Shown here piece after piece: positions 1 through 11,884 of a stretch of 64,000 nt of DNA (position 1 is its first letter; the number at the start of each line of letters is the position of its first letter). The translations under genes were made by a program, and so were the position numbers. The notes under the pieces were generated by a model. That model was given only the letters and a program-made list of their open reading frames with translations. It was not told where the DNA came from and ran no database searches. The DNA lies in the NCBI RefSeq assembly GCF_004010195.1, contig NC_057717.1, forward strand, positions 32,353,218 through 32,417,217. The letters are read 5' to 3'. The DNA comes from Chiloscyllium plagiosum. Its lineage: Eukaryota.

Positions 1-3000
1 GCATTTACACAGTAATGATCCTCTGGCAGTGCAGCACTCCCTCAGTACAGACCCTCTGACAGTACAGCACTCCCTCAGTACTGACCCTCTGACAGTGCAG
101 CACTCCCTCAGTACTGACCCTCCGTCAGTGCAGCACTGTCTCAGTACAGATCCTCTGACAGTGCAGCACTCCCTCAGTACTGATCCTCCGGCAGTGCAGA
201 ACTCTCTCAGTACTGACCACCTGACAGTGCAGCACTCCCTCAGTACTGACCACCTGACAGTGCAGCATTGCCTCAGTACTGACCACCTGACAGTGCAGCA
301 CTCCCTCAGTACTGACCACTTGACAGTGCAGCACTCCCTCAGTACTGACCACCTGAAAGTGCAGCACTCCCTCAGTACTGACCCTCTGACAGTATGGCAC
401 TACCTCTGTACTGATCCTCTCACAGTGCAGCACTCTCTCATGACTGAACCTCTGATAGTGTAGCACTCCCTCAGCACTGACCCTCTGACAGTACAGCAAT
501 CCCGCAGTACTGACAATCTGGCAGTGCCGCACTTCCTCACTACTGACCCTCTGACAGTGCAGCACTCCCTCACTTCTGACCCTCTGACATTGTGGCAATC
601 CCTCATTACTGACCCCTGACAGTGCAGCATTTCCTCAGTAATGATCCTCTGACAGTGCAGCACTCCCTCAGTACTGACCCTCTGGCAGTGCAGCACTCCC
701 TCAGTAATGACTCTCTGACAGTGCAGCATTTCCACAGTAATGATCCTCTGACAGTGCCGCACTCCCTCAGTACTGATCCTCGGACAGTGCATCACTCCCT
801 CAGCTCTAACACTGATAGTGCAGCACTCCCTCAGTACTGATCCTCCGACAGTGCAGCACTCCTTCAGTACTGACCCTCTAACAGTGCAGCACTCCCTCAG
901 GACGGATCCTCCGCCAGTGCAACACTCTCTCAGTCCTGACCACCTGACAGTGCAGCACTCCCGCAGTACTGATCTTCCGACAGTGCAGCACTCCCTCAGT
1001 ACTAACCCTCAGACAGTGCAGCACTCCTTCAGTACTGACCACCTGACAGTGCAGCATTCCCTCAGTACTGATCCTCCGACAGTTCAGCACTCCCTCTGTA
1101 CTGACCCTCTGACAATGCAGCACTCCCTCAGTACTGACCACCTGACAGTGCAGCATTCCCTCAGTACTGACCACGTGACAGTGCAGCACTCCCTCAGTAG
1201 TGACCACCTGACAGTGCAGCATACCCTCAGTACTGACCCTCAGACAGTGTGGCACTACCTCAGTATTGATCCTCTCATAGTGCAGCACTCCCTCAGTACT
1301 GACCCTCTGACAGTGTAGCACTCCCTCAGCACTGACCGTCTGACAGTGCAGCAATCCCTCAGTACTGACCTTCTGGCAGTGCAGCATTCCCTCAGTTTCT
1401 GACCCTCTAAATGTGCAGCACTCCCTCAGTACTGACCCTCTGACAGTGCAGCATTCCCTCAGTATTGACCCTCTGACAGTGCAGCACTCCCTGAGTACTG
1501 AGCCTCTGACAGTGCAGTGCTCCCTCAGTTCTACCTCTGACATACTGATGCTCCAATAGTGCAGCTTTACCTCACAGCACTGCCCAAGCCAACAGGGCAA
1601 CATTCCCTCAGGACTGACCCTCCGACAGTGTGGCATTTCCCTGACACTCTGACAGGGCTGCATTTCCTCGGACCTGCCACTCCAACAACGCAGCACTCCC
1701 TTAGTACTGACACTCTGATACTGCAGCATTCCCTCAGTAATGACCCACCAACAAAGCAGAACTCCCTCGGTGCTGATCCTCTGACAGTGTTGCACTGTCT
1801 CGATCCGGTACCTCTGATAGAGCAGCAATGCCTCAGTATTGATCCTCTGACAGGGTAGTGTTCTCACAGTACTGAACGTCTGATGGTACAGTGCTCTCTC
1901 AGTACATATCCTTTGACAGCGTAGCATACCCTCTGGACTAAAAATCTGATGGTGCACTGCTCCCTCAGTGCTAACCCTTTGACAGTGCAGCACTCCTCAG
2001 TACTGACCCTTTGGCAAAGCAGGAGGCCCTCAATACTCACCCTCTGACCCACGGCGCGGTGCTCCTTCAGTAATAACCCTCTCGCAGCGCGATGTTACCT
2101 CAGTACTGACTGCCAGACACACAGCACGGCACTCCCACCGTACTAACCCTCTCACAGTGCGGTACTCTGACAGCATGCTGATCCATTAGTACTGACCCTC
2201 AGAGAATGAGCACATCCTCACTATTGACCCTCTCACTGCACAGCACTCCCGTAGTACTGACCCTCCGACAGTGCAGCTCTCCCTCAGTACAGACCTCTAA
2301 CAGTGCAGTGCTCCCTCAGTAGTGACCCTCTGATAGTGCAGCACTCCTTCAGTACTGACCCTACAACAGTGCGGCACTCCCTCGGTACTGGCCATCTGAC
2401 AGATCAACTCTCCCTCGATACTGACCCTCTGACAGTGCGACACTCCCTCAGTAGTAACCCTCTTAGAGTGCAGAAATCCCTCAGTACTGACCCTCTGACA
2501 GTGCAGTGCTCCCTCAGTACTGACCCTCTAAATGTGCAGTATTCCCTCAGTTCTACCTCTGACAGTACTGATGTTCCATCAGTGCAGCTTTACCTCAGCA
2601 CTGCCCAAGCCAACAGGGCAACATTCCCTCAGTACTGACCCTCCAACAGTGCGGCACTCCCTCGGTACTGGCCCTCTGACAGTGCAGCACTCCCTCGGTA
2701 CTGGCCCACTGAAAGTGCAGAGCTCCCTCAGTACTGACAGTCTTACAGTGCAGCACTCACTCAGTACTGACCCTCTAATAGTGCAGCACACTCGCAGTAC
2801 TGACCCTCCGACAGTGCGGCACTCCCTCGGTTCTGGCCATCTGACAGTTCAACTCTCCCTCGAAACTGACCCTCTGACAGTACGACACTCCCTCAGTAGT
2901 AACCCTCTTAGAGTGCAGCAATCCCTCAGGACTGATCCTCTGACAGTGCTGCTCTCCCTTGGAACTGGCCCTCTGACAGTGCAACACTCCCTGAGTACTG

Positions 3001-5295
3001 ACCCTCTAAGAGTGCAGTGCTCCCTCAGTTCTACCTCTGACAGCACTGATGCTCCAACAGTGCAGCTTTCCCTCAGCACAGCCCAAGCCAACATTCCCTC
3101 AGAACTGACCCTCCGACAGTGTGGTATTTCCCTGGCACTCTGACAGGGCTGCATTCCCTCGGACCTGCCACTCCAACAACGCAGAACTCCCTCGGTGCTG
3201 ATCCTCTGACAGTGTTGCACTGTCTCGATCCTGTACCTCTGATAGAGCAGTAATGCCTCTGTATTGATCCTCTGACAGGGTAGTCTTCTCGCAGTACTGA
3301 ACCTCTGATGGTGCAGTGCTCTCTCAGTACAGATCCTTTGACAACGTAGCATTCCCTCTGGACTGAAAATCTGACGGTGCACTGCTCCCTCAGTGCGAAC
3401 CCTTTGACAGTGCAGCACTCCTCAGTACTGACCCTCTGCCAATAAAGGAGGCCCTCAATACTCCCCCTCTGACCCACAGTGCGGTGCCCCCTCAGTAATA
3501 ACCCTCTCACAGCGCGATGTTCCCTCAGTACTGACTGCCAGACATACAGCACGGCACTCCCACAGTACTAACCCTCTCACAGTGCGGCACTCTGACAGCA
3601 TGCTGATCCCTTAGTACTGACCTTCAGAGAATGAACACATGCTCACTATTGACCCTCTCACTTCACAGCACTCCCGTAGTACTGACCAACCGACAGTGCA
3701 GCTCTCACTCAGTACAGACCTCTGACAGTGCAGTACTCCCTCAGTACTGACCCTCTGATAGTGCAGCATACCCGCAGTACTGACCCTCCGACAGTGCGGC
3801 ACTCCCTCGCTACTGGCCCTCTGACAGTGCAGCACTCCCTCGGTACTGGCCCTCTGACAGTGCAGAGCTACCTCAGTACTGACCCTCTGATAGTGCAGCA
3901 CTCCCACAGTACTGACCCTCCGACAGTGCGGCACTCCCTCGGCACTGACCCTCTGACAGTGCGACTCTCCCTCAGTACTGACCCTCTGACAGTGCGATAC
4001 TCCCTCGGTACCGAACCTCTGACAGTGCGACACTCCCTCAGTAGTAACCCTCTGATAATGCAGCAATCCCTCAGTACTGATCCTCCGACAGTGCAGCACT
4101 CCCTCAGTACTGACCGTCTGACAGTGAAGCACTCCCTCGGTACTCACCCTCTGACAGTGAGACACTCCCTTGGTACTGGCCCTCTGACAGTTCAACTCTC
4201 CTGCAGTACTCTTCATATGACACTGCAGCACTCCATCAGTACTGCCACTCTGACAGTGCAGCACTCCCTCAGTACTGACCCTCTGACAGTGCAGCACTCC
4301 CTCAGTACTGACCTTCTGACAGTGCAGCTCTCCCTTGGTACTGGCCCTCTGACAGTGCAACTCTCCCTCAGTACTGTTCCTATGACACTGCAGCACTCCC
4401 TCAGTACTGCCACTCTGACAGTGAAGCACTCTCTCAGTACTGACCCTCTGACAGTGCAGCACTCCCTCAGTACTGACCCTCTGACAGTGCAGCATTCCCT
4501 CAGCACTGACCCTCTAACAGTCCAGCACTCTCTCTGTACTGACCCTCTGACAGAACAGCACTCCCTCAGTACTGACCCTCTGACAGTGCAGCATTACGTC
4601 AGTCCTGCCCCTTTGGCAATGAGGCACTCCCTCAGTATTGACGCTCTGATGGTGCAGTGCTGTCTCAGTGCAGATCCACTGATAGTGTGGCTTGCCCTCT
4701 GGAATGAACCTCTGACAGTGTGTTGCTCCCTCAGTACTGACTCTCTGACAGTGCAGCACTTCTCGGTACTGACCCTCTGACAGTGCAGCATTCCCTCAGA
4801 ACTGACCCTCTGACAGTGCAGCACTCTCTCGCTACTGACCCTCTGACAGTGCAGCACTCTCGCGCTACTGACTCTCTGACAGTGCAGCACACTCTCGGTA
4901 ATGACCCTCTGACAGTGCAGTACTCCCTCAGTACTGCCACTCTGACAGTGAAGCACTCTCTCAGTACTGACCCTCTGACAGTGCAGCACTCTCTCGGTAC
5001 TGACCTTCTGACAGTGCAGCACTCTCTCGGTACTGAACCTTTGACAGTGCAGCACTCTCTCGGTACTGACCTTCTGACAGTGCAGCACTCCCTCAGTACT
5101 GACCCGCTGACAGTGCAGCACTCCCTCAGTAATGACCCTCTGACAGTGTGGCACTCCCTCAGTACTGACCGTCTGACAGTGCAACGCTCCCGCAGTACTG
5201 ACCATCTGACAGTGCAGCACTCCCTCTATACTGATCGGCTGACAGTGCAGCACTCCCTCAGTACTGACCCTCCGACATTGCAGCACTCCCTCAGA
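1..5295. repeat. 33-bp tandem satellite, consensus ACAGTGCAGCACTCCCTCAGTACTGACCCTCTG, roughly 160 units, continues beyond window start
   Basis: Directly visible periodicity; translates to repeated QHSLSTDPLTV; a more degenerate block at ~1500-3750 is internally duplicated. Confidence 0.97.
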
Positions 5296-6399
5296 GACCC
5301 AAATAATGTTCTGGGCCCTGGGCTCCAATCTTGGGGGGCGGGGGGCTGTTGTTGGTCATCGCAGTGAGAACAGGCTTGGGGATGAACACGGTCCAAGGGG
5401 GTAACAAGTTTGCTTTCTGAGGTGTTGAGGGCATGAATGTTTTGTCGAGGTGCTTTGGGGATAAACATACTGAGGAGGTGCTTTCTGAGGTACTGAGGGA
5501 GCACTATCTGGCGGTACAGGGTGCAGTAGGTGGAATGGTACAGATACACTTCCCTAATAATTTCCTCAGGGCCCTAAAGGCACGCTGGTATGGTCATCTG
5601 AGATGTAAGCCACTCCCCATTTTAGACGATTAGATCAACACTCAGTGAAAAGTAACATAAACACATGCCTTAAACATGGATTGGAGGAAAACTGTTATGA
5701 ATCTATCATCACTTGTTGCTTGGTCACGGTTTAGAAAAGCAGGCACCCAAACAGACCAATGCTGTCGATGCAAGGGATGCTGCACAGGAAGATCCAATAA
5801 GTCATTTGCAGTTGATGTCTGTCTCCCTGCAGAGGTCATCATCCGAGATCAAGGTTCAGTCCTGGGAGAAATCATCTCTCCACCAAAACGTCAACCATGC
5901 CTGTGCGTGTGTGTGTGTGCAAGGTTATATTGTGTATCCAATAAAATAAACTCCTGCTGTTGTTTCAGGTTGATTGGTACTTGATTTTCAAAAAGAACTG
6001 GCAAAGACACACATGTGAAAGCTTTTAAAAGCTGCAAAACTCACTTAACTGTGGTAAAGTGAATGCTGTAAAGATCCCAAAAGAGGTTGGGATGGAAGGA
6101 ACAAGCAACATTAGATTGAGAAAAGATCGTGCCATTCAAGTGCAGAGGTATTGTTGGAATGTCTATTCAGGATTAACTAAATCATTTCAGCAGAGGAGCA
6201 AACAATTCCAGGTAGATCAAAAACACCTTGGAGATAGTTTCTCAACCAACCTGCTCAGTGATGGTATGATATTCCACTAGACCAGGTGGGACCTGAACCT
6301 GGATCTCCTAGCTCAGAGGTAAAGATACTACCACTGTCCCTTTCTACCTTCCCCAAGCTGTACAAGAGACCTAACACTTGGCTGCAGACATCAATTTAA

Positions 6400-7842
6400 A
6401 AAAGCCAGTGTGACAAGGTCTTCAAGAAGGAAGGAGGGAGAAACCAGGAATCTACAGGCCAATCAGTCTGACGGTGGGGAACCCGTTGGAATGAATACTT
6501 AGGGACAGAATGAATCTGCACTTGGAGCAGGCAGGGGTTAATCAAGAACAGTAGGTGTGGTTTTATTAAAGGAAGGTCATATCTGACCAATCTGATTGAA
6601 TTTGTCCAAGAGGTGGCCAGATGTGTAGATGACAGCAATGCATTTGGTGTAGGCTACTTGGAATTCAATGGGGCTTTTGATAAGGTCCTGCATGAGACAC
6701 TGATGACAAAGACAAGAGCCCATGGCATACAAGTAAATTTGGCAAATTGGATCCACAATGGGCTGAGTGGCAGGAAGCAGAGGGTGATGGTTGAGATTGC
6801 TTCTGTAGCTGGAAGCTTGTGTCCAGTGGGATCTTGCAGAGGCCAGTATTGGGTCATCGCAGTTTCTAGGTTTCTTGAAATAACTTTCACTTGAAAGTTA
6901 GAGGATTGATCAGTGAGTTCACGGATGATATGAAAACTAATGTGCTGGCAAACAGTGAGGAAGATAGAATTAGACCATAGGAGGACAAACAGGGTAAGGG
7001 AATACATGAACTATCGGGCCCTGGGAAGCACTGAAGATCAGAGGGACCTTGTTATGCCTGTCCACCAGTCACTTAAACACCGGGACAGGTGATAAACTCG
7101 CCTTTCCTTGTTAAGCAAAGAGTTTGAGCTGGGAAATTCTGTCGGATCTGTCGAAAAACATTGGCTAGGGGACAGCTAGCTTATTGTCTGCATTTCTGGA
7201 ATCCACATTTAAGGAGGGATATGCTAGCACTCGAGACTTGAAAGGATGTTGTCTGAGCTGGAGAGTTTCAGTTATGAAGAGAGACTGGAAACATTGGGTC
7301 ATTTTCCTTAGACCAGAGAGATTGAGAGGGGAGTCGCAGGTAGATAGGATAGTGAAGAAGGCATTTTGTATGCTTTCCCTTATTGGTCAGACCAGTTAGT
7401 AAAGGAGTTTGGAAGTCATGTTGTGGCTGTACAGGACATTGGTTAGGCCACCTTCGGAGTATTGTGTGCAATTCTGCTCTGATTCCTGTAGAAAGGATGT
7501 TGTGAAATTTGAAAGGGTTCAAAGAAGATTTACAAGCATGTTGCCAGGGTTGGAGGTTTTGAACTACAGGGAAGGCTGAATAGGCTGGAACTATTTTCCC
7601 TGGAGTTTTGGAGGCTGAGGAGTGACCTTCCAGACGTTTATAAAATCATGGAGGCATGGATAGGGTAAATAGACAAGGTATTTTCCCTGGGGTGTGGTAG
7701 TCCAGAACTAGAGGGCATTGGTTTAGGGTGAGAGGGGAAAGATTTACAAGGTCCCAAGGGCCAAAGTTTTCATGCAACAGGCGGTGCGTGTATGCAAGAG
7801 GAAGTGCAGGCCAGTACGCGGCTAGTAACATATAAAAGGTAT
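6400..7842 (+). mobile_element. Degenerate CR1-type LINE RT/3' fragments (at least two nested pieces)
   Basis: ORF 6613-6894 YLEFNGAFDKVLH...LANWIHNGL..RKQRVMV matches the CR1 RT motif YLDFSKAFDKVPH; downstream DRIVKKAF and RPxLEYCVQF-like DNA. Confidence 0.85.
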
Positions 7843-8342
7843 NNNNNNNNNNNNNNNNNNNNNNNNNNNNNNNNNNNNNNNNNNNNNNNNNNNNNNNNNN
7901 NNNNNNNNNNNNNNNNNNNNNNNNNNNNNNNNNNNNNNNNNNNNNNNNNNNNNNNNNNNNNNNNNNNNNNNNNNNNNNNNNNNNNNNNNNNNNNNNNNNN
8001 NNNNNNNNNNNNNNNNNNNNNNNNNNNNNNNNNNNNNNNNNNNNNNNNNNNNNNNNNNNNNNNNNNNNNNNNNNNNNNNNNNNNNNNNNNNNNNNNNNNN
8101 NNNNNNNNNNNNNNNNNNNNNNNNNNNNNNNNNNNNNNNNNNNNNNNNNNNNNNNNNNNNNNNNNNNNNNNNNNNNNNNNNNNNNNNNNNNNNNNNNNNN
8201 NNNNNNNNNNNNNNNNNNNNNNNNNNNNNNNNNNNNNNNNNNNNNNNNNNNNNNNNNNNNNNNNNNNNNNNNNNNNNNNNNNNNNNNNNNNNNNNNNNNN
8301 NNNNNNNNNNNNNNNNNNNNNNNNNNNNNNNNNNNNNNNNNN
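7843..8342. other. Assembly gap (500 N)
   Basis: Run of N. Confidence 1.
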
Positions 8343-8725
8343 TAATGGTAGGGCACTGGGTAGTGATGTTGAACACTGAGGATCCTGAGGGTTCAGACTC
8401 ATACATTCTTGAAAGCGTTGTCTCAAGTACCTAGTGTGTTGAAAGTGTTTGGCACATGTACCTTCATTGGCCAGAGCACTGAGTGCAGGTGTTAGGGCTT
8501 CATGTTGTGACTGTCCAAAACATTGGAATGAACTGCCAGAGGAGGTGGTAAATGCAGAGATACGTCCAACATTTAGAAGACATTTGAATAGCTACAGTAA
8601 CTGGATACGTCTGAATAGATATGGTCCAAAGGCAGGCAAGTGAAATTAGTTTAATTTGGGAACTCTGGTCAGCATGGATGAGCTGGACCAAAGGAACTGT
8701 TTCTGTGCTGTACGACTTTATGACT
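8343..8725 (+). mobile_element. CR1 LINE 3' fragment
   Basis: WNELPEEVV motif and CR1 3' UTR ending ...CTGTGCTGTACGACTTTATGACT. Confidence 0.8.
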
Positions 8726-9361
8726 CACTAACTTTCTGGTGGAGTAGGCTCAAAGTTGGAAGGTGGTGAGCAAGTGAGGGGCGGGATTGGGAATGTGGGA
8801 GAGTTTGGGCTGGTAGGCTGTGAGGTGTTGGCTGGCTGCTGGGTAAGCTTCCATGCACTCTGTCTGGCAAGGTGGCATCAAGGTAAATGATAATGGCCAC
8901 AGGATATTTTGGTCGAATTCTGCTTGGTAGGTGAGGGGTCGTTTGAGCTGAAATGCAGGAGGTCTATCTTTGCCAGGCTGGTTTATGGAGAGGTGGGCAG
9001 GATGCCAGGCTGGTTAGTGTAGAGGTGGGCAGAGTGCCAGGATGTTTCAGGGGTGGAAGGTCACTGTAATGAAGTGACATGTGGACGTGTTGTCAAAATG
9101 CAAAGCTCGGAGTCTGGCAAAATGGTAGGTTGTAAAGCACAGATGTGAAAGGAGCTGGAATGCAATGTGCACAGGTTGACTTGGGTAAGATGAGAGGTCA
9201 GTGATAAAGAGCTGAGGTCATGTCTTGGGCAGTGGGTTTTTGTCAGAGGTTGTAAAAATGATGGTGCCTGGTCCAGTCAGGGCCAGATTCACCATGGGCC
9301 AGGTGCAGGGCGGTAGGAGTGTAAATGAGTGAAAGGAATTGAGATCATATGTCCACCTGGA

Positions 9362-10030
9362 ATATAGAACATAGAACATTACGGTGCAGTACAAGCCCTT
9401 CAGCCCTCAATGTTGCGCCGACCTGTGGAACCAATCTGAAGCCTATCTATCCTACACGATTCCATTTTCTTCCATATGTTTATCCAATGACGTTTTAAAT
9501 GCCCTTAAAGTTGGCGAGTGTACTATTGTTACAGGCAGTGCGTTCCATAGACCTACTACTCTCTGAGTAAAGAAACAACCTCTGGCATCTGTCATCTATG
9601 TCCTCTCCTGCTAGCCATCACTATTCAAGGAAAAAGACTTTCACTGTCCACCCTCTGTTTATCTTTTATGTCTCAATTAAGTCACCTCTCAACCTTCTTT
9701 TCTCAAATAAAAACAGCCTCAAGACCCTCATCCTTTCCTAATTAAACCTTCCCGCCATACCAAACAACATCCTGGTAAACCTCCTCTGAACTCTTCCAAA
9801 GCTTCTCCATTCTTTCTATAATGTGGTGACCAGAACAGTACACAATACTCCCAAGTGCAGACACACCAGAATTTTGTACAGCTGCAGCCTAACGTCATGG
9901 TTCTGAAACTCAGTCCCTCTATCGATGAAAGCCAACACAAAGTATGCCTTTTTAACAACTCTATCAAACTGGCTGGCAACTTTTAGGGATCTATGTACAT
10001 GGACACCGAGATCTCTCTGCTCAGCTACAC
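9362..10030 (-). mobile_element. CR1 LINE 3' fragment
   Basis: Begins with the reverse complement of the (TTCTATG)n tail (ATAGAACATAGAAC); minus-strand EYCVLFWSPHYRK motif. Confidence 0.85.
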
Positions 10031-10514
10031 TACCAATGTGGATTGCCTTGGATGTGTTTCGTGTGATAGTGATTGTGTGTTCCGGGCATGAATGGGTGTA
10101 TAGCAGGGTAGGGTTTGTCTATGTGAGTGGAAATTTAGGTCAAGGCAGAGTAAGTGCAGTGGTTAGTCTGAAAGATGAGGCTTGGTGGTGAACTGCGTGT
10201 CAGTTTGATAGTTATTAAAGTTAAAGATTACTTGTTCATTTCTCAAATCATATTTACATAAATACTCAGCTGTAACACTCCAAAGTCTCTGAACCTTCAT
10301 GGTCCTCCATTTTTCAGAGGCCTCCAGAATTCAGATAATTGTAAATTAGATGTTTCAACTTCCAGACAATTGGCATGAGTTCAGCCATGATAGCTATCCT
10401 CCCAGTCCCAGTGCTCAGCTCCTGCCTGTGCTGCTGCTGCAGTGACCTGCCTCCCAGAGAGAACATTCTGCCTTGCATTGATAAGTGAGGAAGGCTCACT
10501 GGACCTGATTTCCA

Positions 10515-10797
10515 AGTATGGGGACGACAAACACGAGGGGACACAACTTCGAAGTGAGGGGAGATATGTATAAGACAGATGTCAGAGGTAGTAATTTTAC
10601 TCATTGCGTAGTAAGGGTATGGAATGCTTTGCCTGCAACGGTAGTAGATTCGCCAAGTTTAAGTACATTTAAGTTGTCATTGGACAAACATATGGACGTA
10701 CATGGAATAGTGTAGATGGGATGGGCTTCAGGTTAGTATGACAGGGCAGCGCAACATCGAGGGCCGAAGGGCTGTAATGTACTATGTTCTATGATTC
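10515..10797 (+). mobile_element. CR1 LINE 3' end
   Basis: TRGHNFEVRG...VVRVWNALP...FKLSLDKHM; tail ACTATGTTCTATGATT. Confidence 0.85.
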
Positions 10798-10858
10798 ACT
10801 CTGATTTCTCTCCGGGGGTACTGCCAGCTGTTGGGTATTTCCAGTAGCACGGTACCTA

Positions 10859-11172
10859 GTGGGGCGGCACCTGGGTCCGTGGTTAGCGCTGCTGCCTCAC
10901 AGTGCTAGGGACTCGCGTTCCATTCCAGCCTCGGGTGAGTATCTGTGTGGAGTTGGCACTTTCTCCCCATGTCTGTGTGCGTTGCCTTCCACAGTCCAAA
11001 GATGTGCAAGCTGGGGGAATTGCAAATGTTGTGTTCAGGGACTGGGAGGTTAGGAGCATTAGTCAGGCTTAAATGTAGAGTAAGAGGGAAGGGGATTGGG
11101 TCTGGATGCGTTACTTTTCCGAGGGTGGGTGTGGATTTGTTGGGCCAAATGGCCTGTTTGCACACACTGTAG
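10859..11172 (+). mobile_element. HE1-like (V-SINE) tRNA-derived SINE, diverged
   Basis: GTGGTTAGCGCTGCTGCCTCACAG head, CTGTGTGGAGTT..CAC..TCTCCCC V-domain, CR1-like tail TTGGGCCAAATGGCCTGTTT. Confidence 0.85.
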
Positions 11173-11523
11173 AATTTCAAAGAATTTGCATTTCCTTGGT
11201 TTGTATTTTGTGAAACTTCTCTGCTCTTCACTTGCAATCCAGTGAAAGTGTCAGTTGGTGAGATCTTCAAACAGTTACTGGGATGGGATCAGAATGTTCT
11301 TCTTCCTAAATTATGTGGTAATGGTCAAGGTCGAGGGCATGTTTCTAAAGAGGGAACCAATGATCATGATCAGCAACTGGTACGAAACAAAAATAAACCC
11401 CAGTTATGCTGTCGACTTCAGCGGGAGCATACTGGAAAACGTTTACAGCTGAGGATACATTTGAGCAACTGATAAGGTCAAATTAACAGAAACTAGCATG
11501 CTCAATTGGTCATTCTATTGTAG

Positions 11524-11829
11524 AGACACCGTGTCCCCCCATGCTTTATGGCCTTGTCTCCTCCTGTCAGGAGCACAACACCGGTTCTGTGATCTTTGGT
11601 TGTTTGGCGATGGATTATTCCCCTGACGTCACCAAGGTAACCTGGAAGAAAGGTGGGGAGCTGATCACGACTGGATTGAAGACTTACCCATCAGTGAGAA
11701 ACAAGAAGGGAACCTCCACCCTGAGCAGCCAGTTAACCCTACCCAAGTCAGTGGTAGATTGCCCCAGCAAAATCTACTGTGAGGTTCAACACAACGGGTC
11801 ACACAAGAGCAAAGAAATGACATGTCTGG
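11524..11829 (+). pseudogene. IGHM: Ig mu heavy chain constant exon CH1 (shark IgM), reading frame intact
   Basis: tag|AG acceptor, G|GTAAGT donor at 11830, phase 1-1. (E)[42 protein letters not shown]...[18 protein letters not shown]...IYCEVQH matches shark IgM CH1 as recalled, with C1-set Cys/Trp/Cys. Confidence 0.93.
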
Positions 11830-11884
11830 GTAAGTGTTGTGGGAATTGAGATAAACAGATCATCTGTGATTCACAGGAATAAGG

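Noticed and set aside
1-5295. CRISPR-like or RSS-array reading of the 33-bp repeat (GACAGTG resembles the heptamer CACAGTG)
   Set aside because: No unique spacers and a eukaryotic context; the heptamer usually lacks the essential first C, and there is no nonamer at 12/23 spacing.
29-5367. Long ORFs (up to 371 aa) with QHSLSTDPLTV / VLHCQRVSTEG repeats
   Set aside because: By-product of a 33-bp (11-codon) satellite open on both strands, with frequent frameshifts and no gene context.
5820-5950. Acceptor-like CTCCCTGCAG followed by AATAAAATAAA, possible terminal exon
   Set aside because: No recognisable protein or upstream exons; cannot be supported from sequence alone.
7646-8426. ORFs spanning poly-X (also 31798-32770)
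   Set aside because: Artefacts of N gaps.
9235-9330. Perfect RSS nonamer GGTTTTTGT upstream of CH1, possible JH
   Set aside because: No heptamer at 12 or 22/23 bp and no WGxGTxVTV frame or donor; one chance 9-mer is unsurprising in 64 kb on two strands.
10376-10490. Short ORF MSSAMIAILPVPVLSSCLCCCCSD..., leader-peptide-like
   Set aside because: No clear donor and no following V exon; too short to support.
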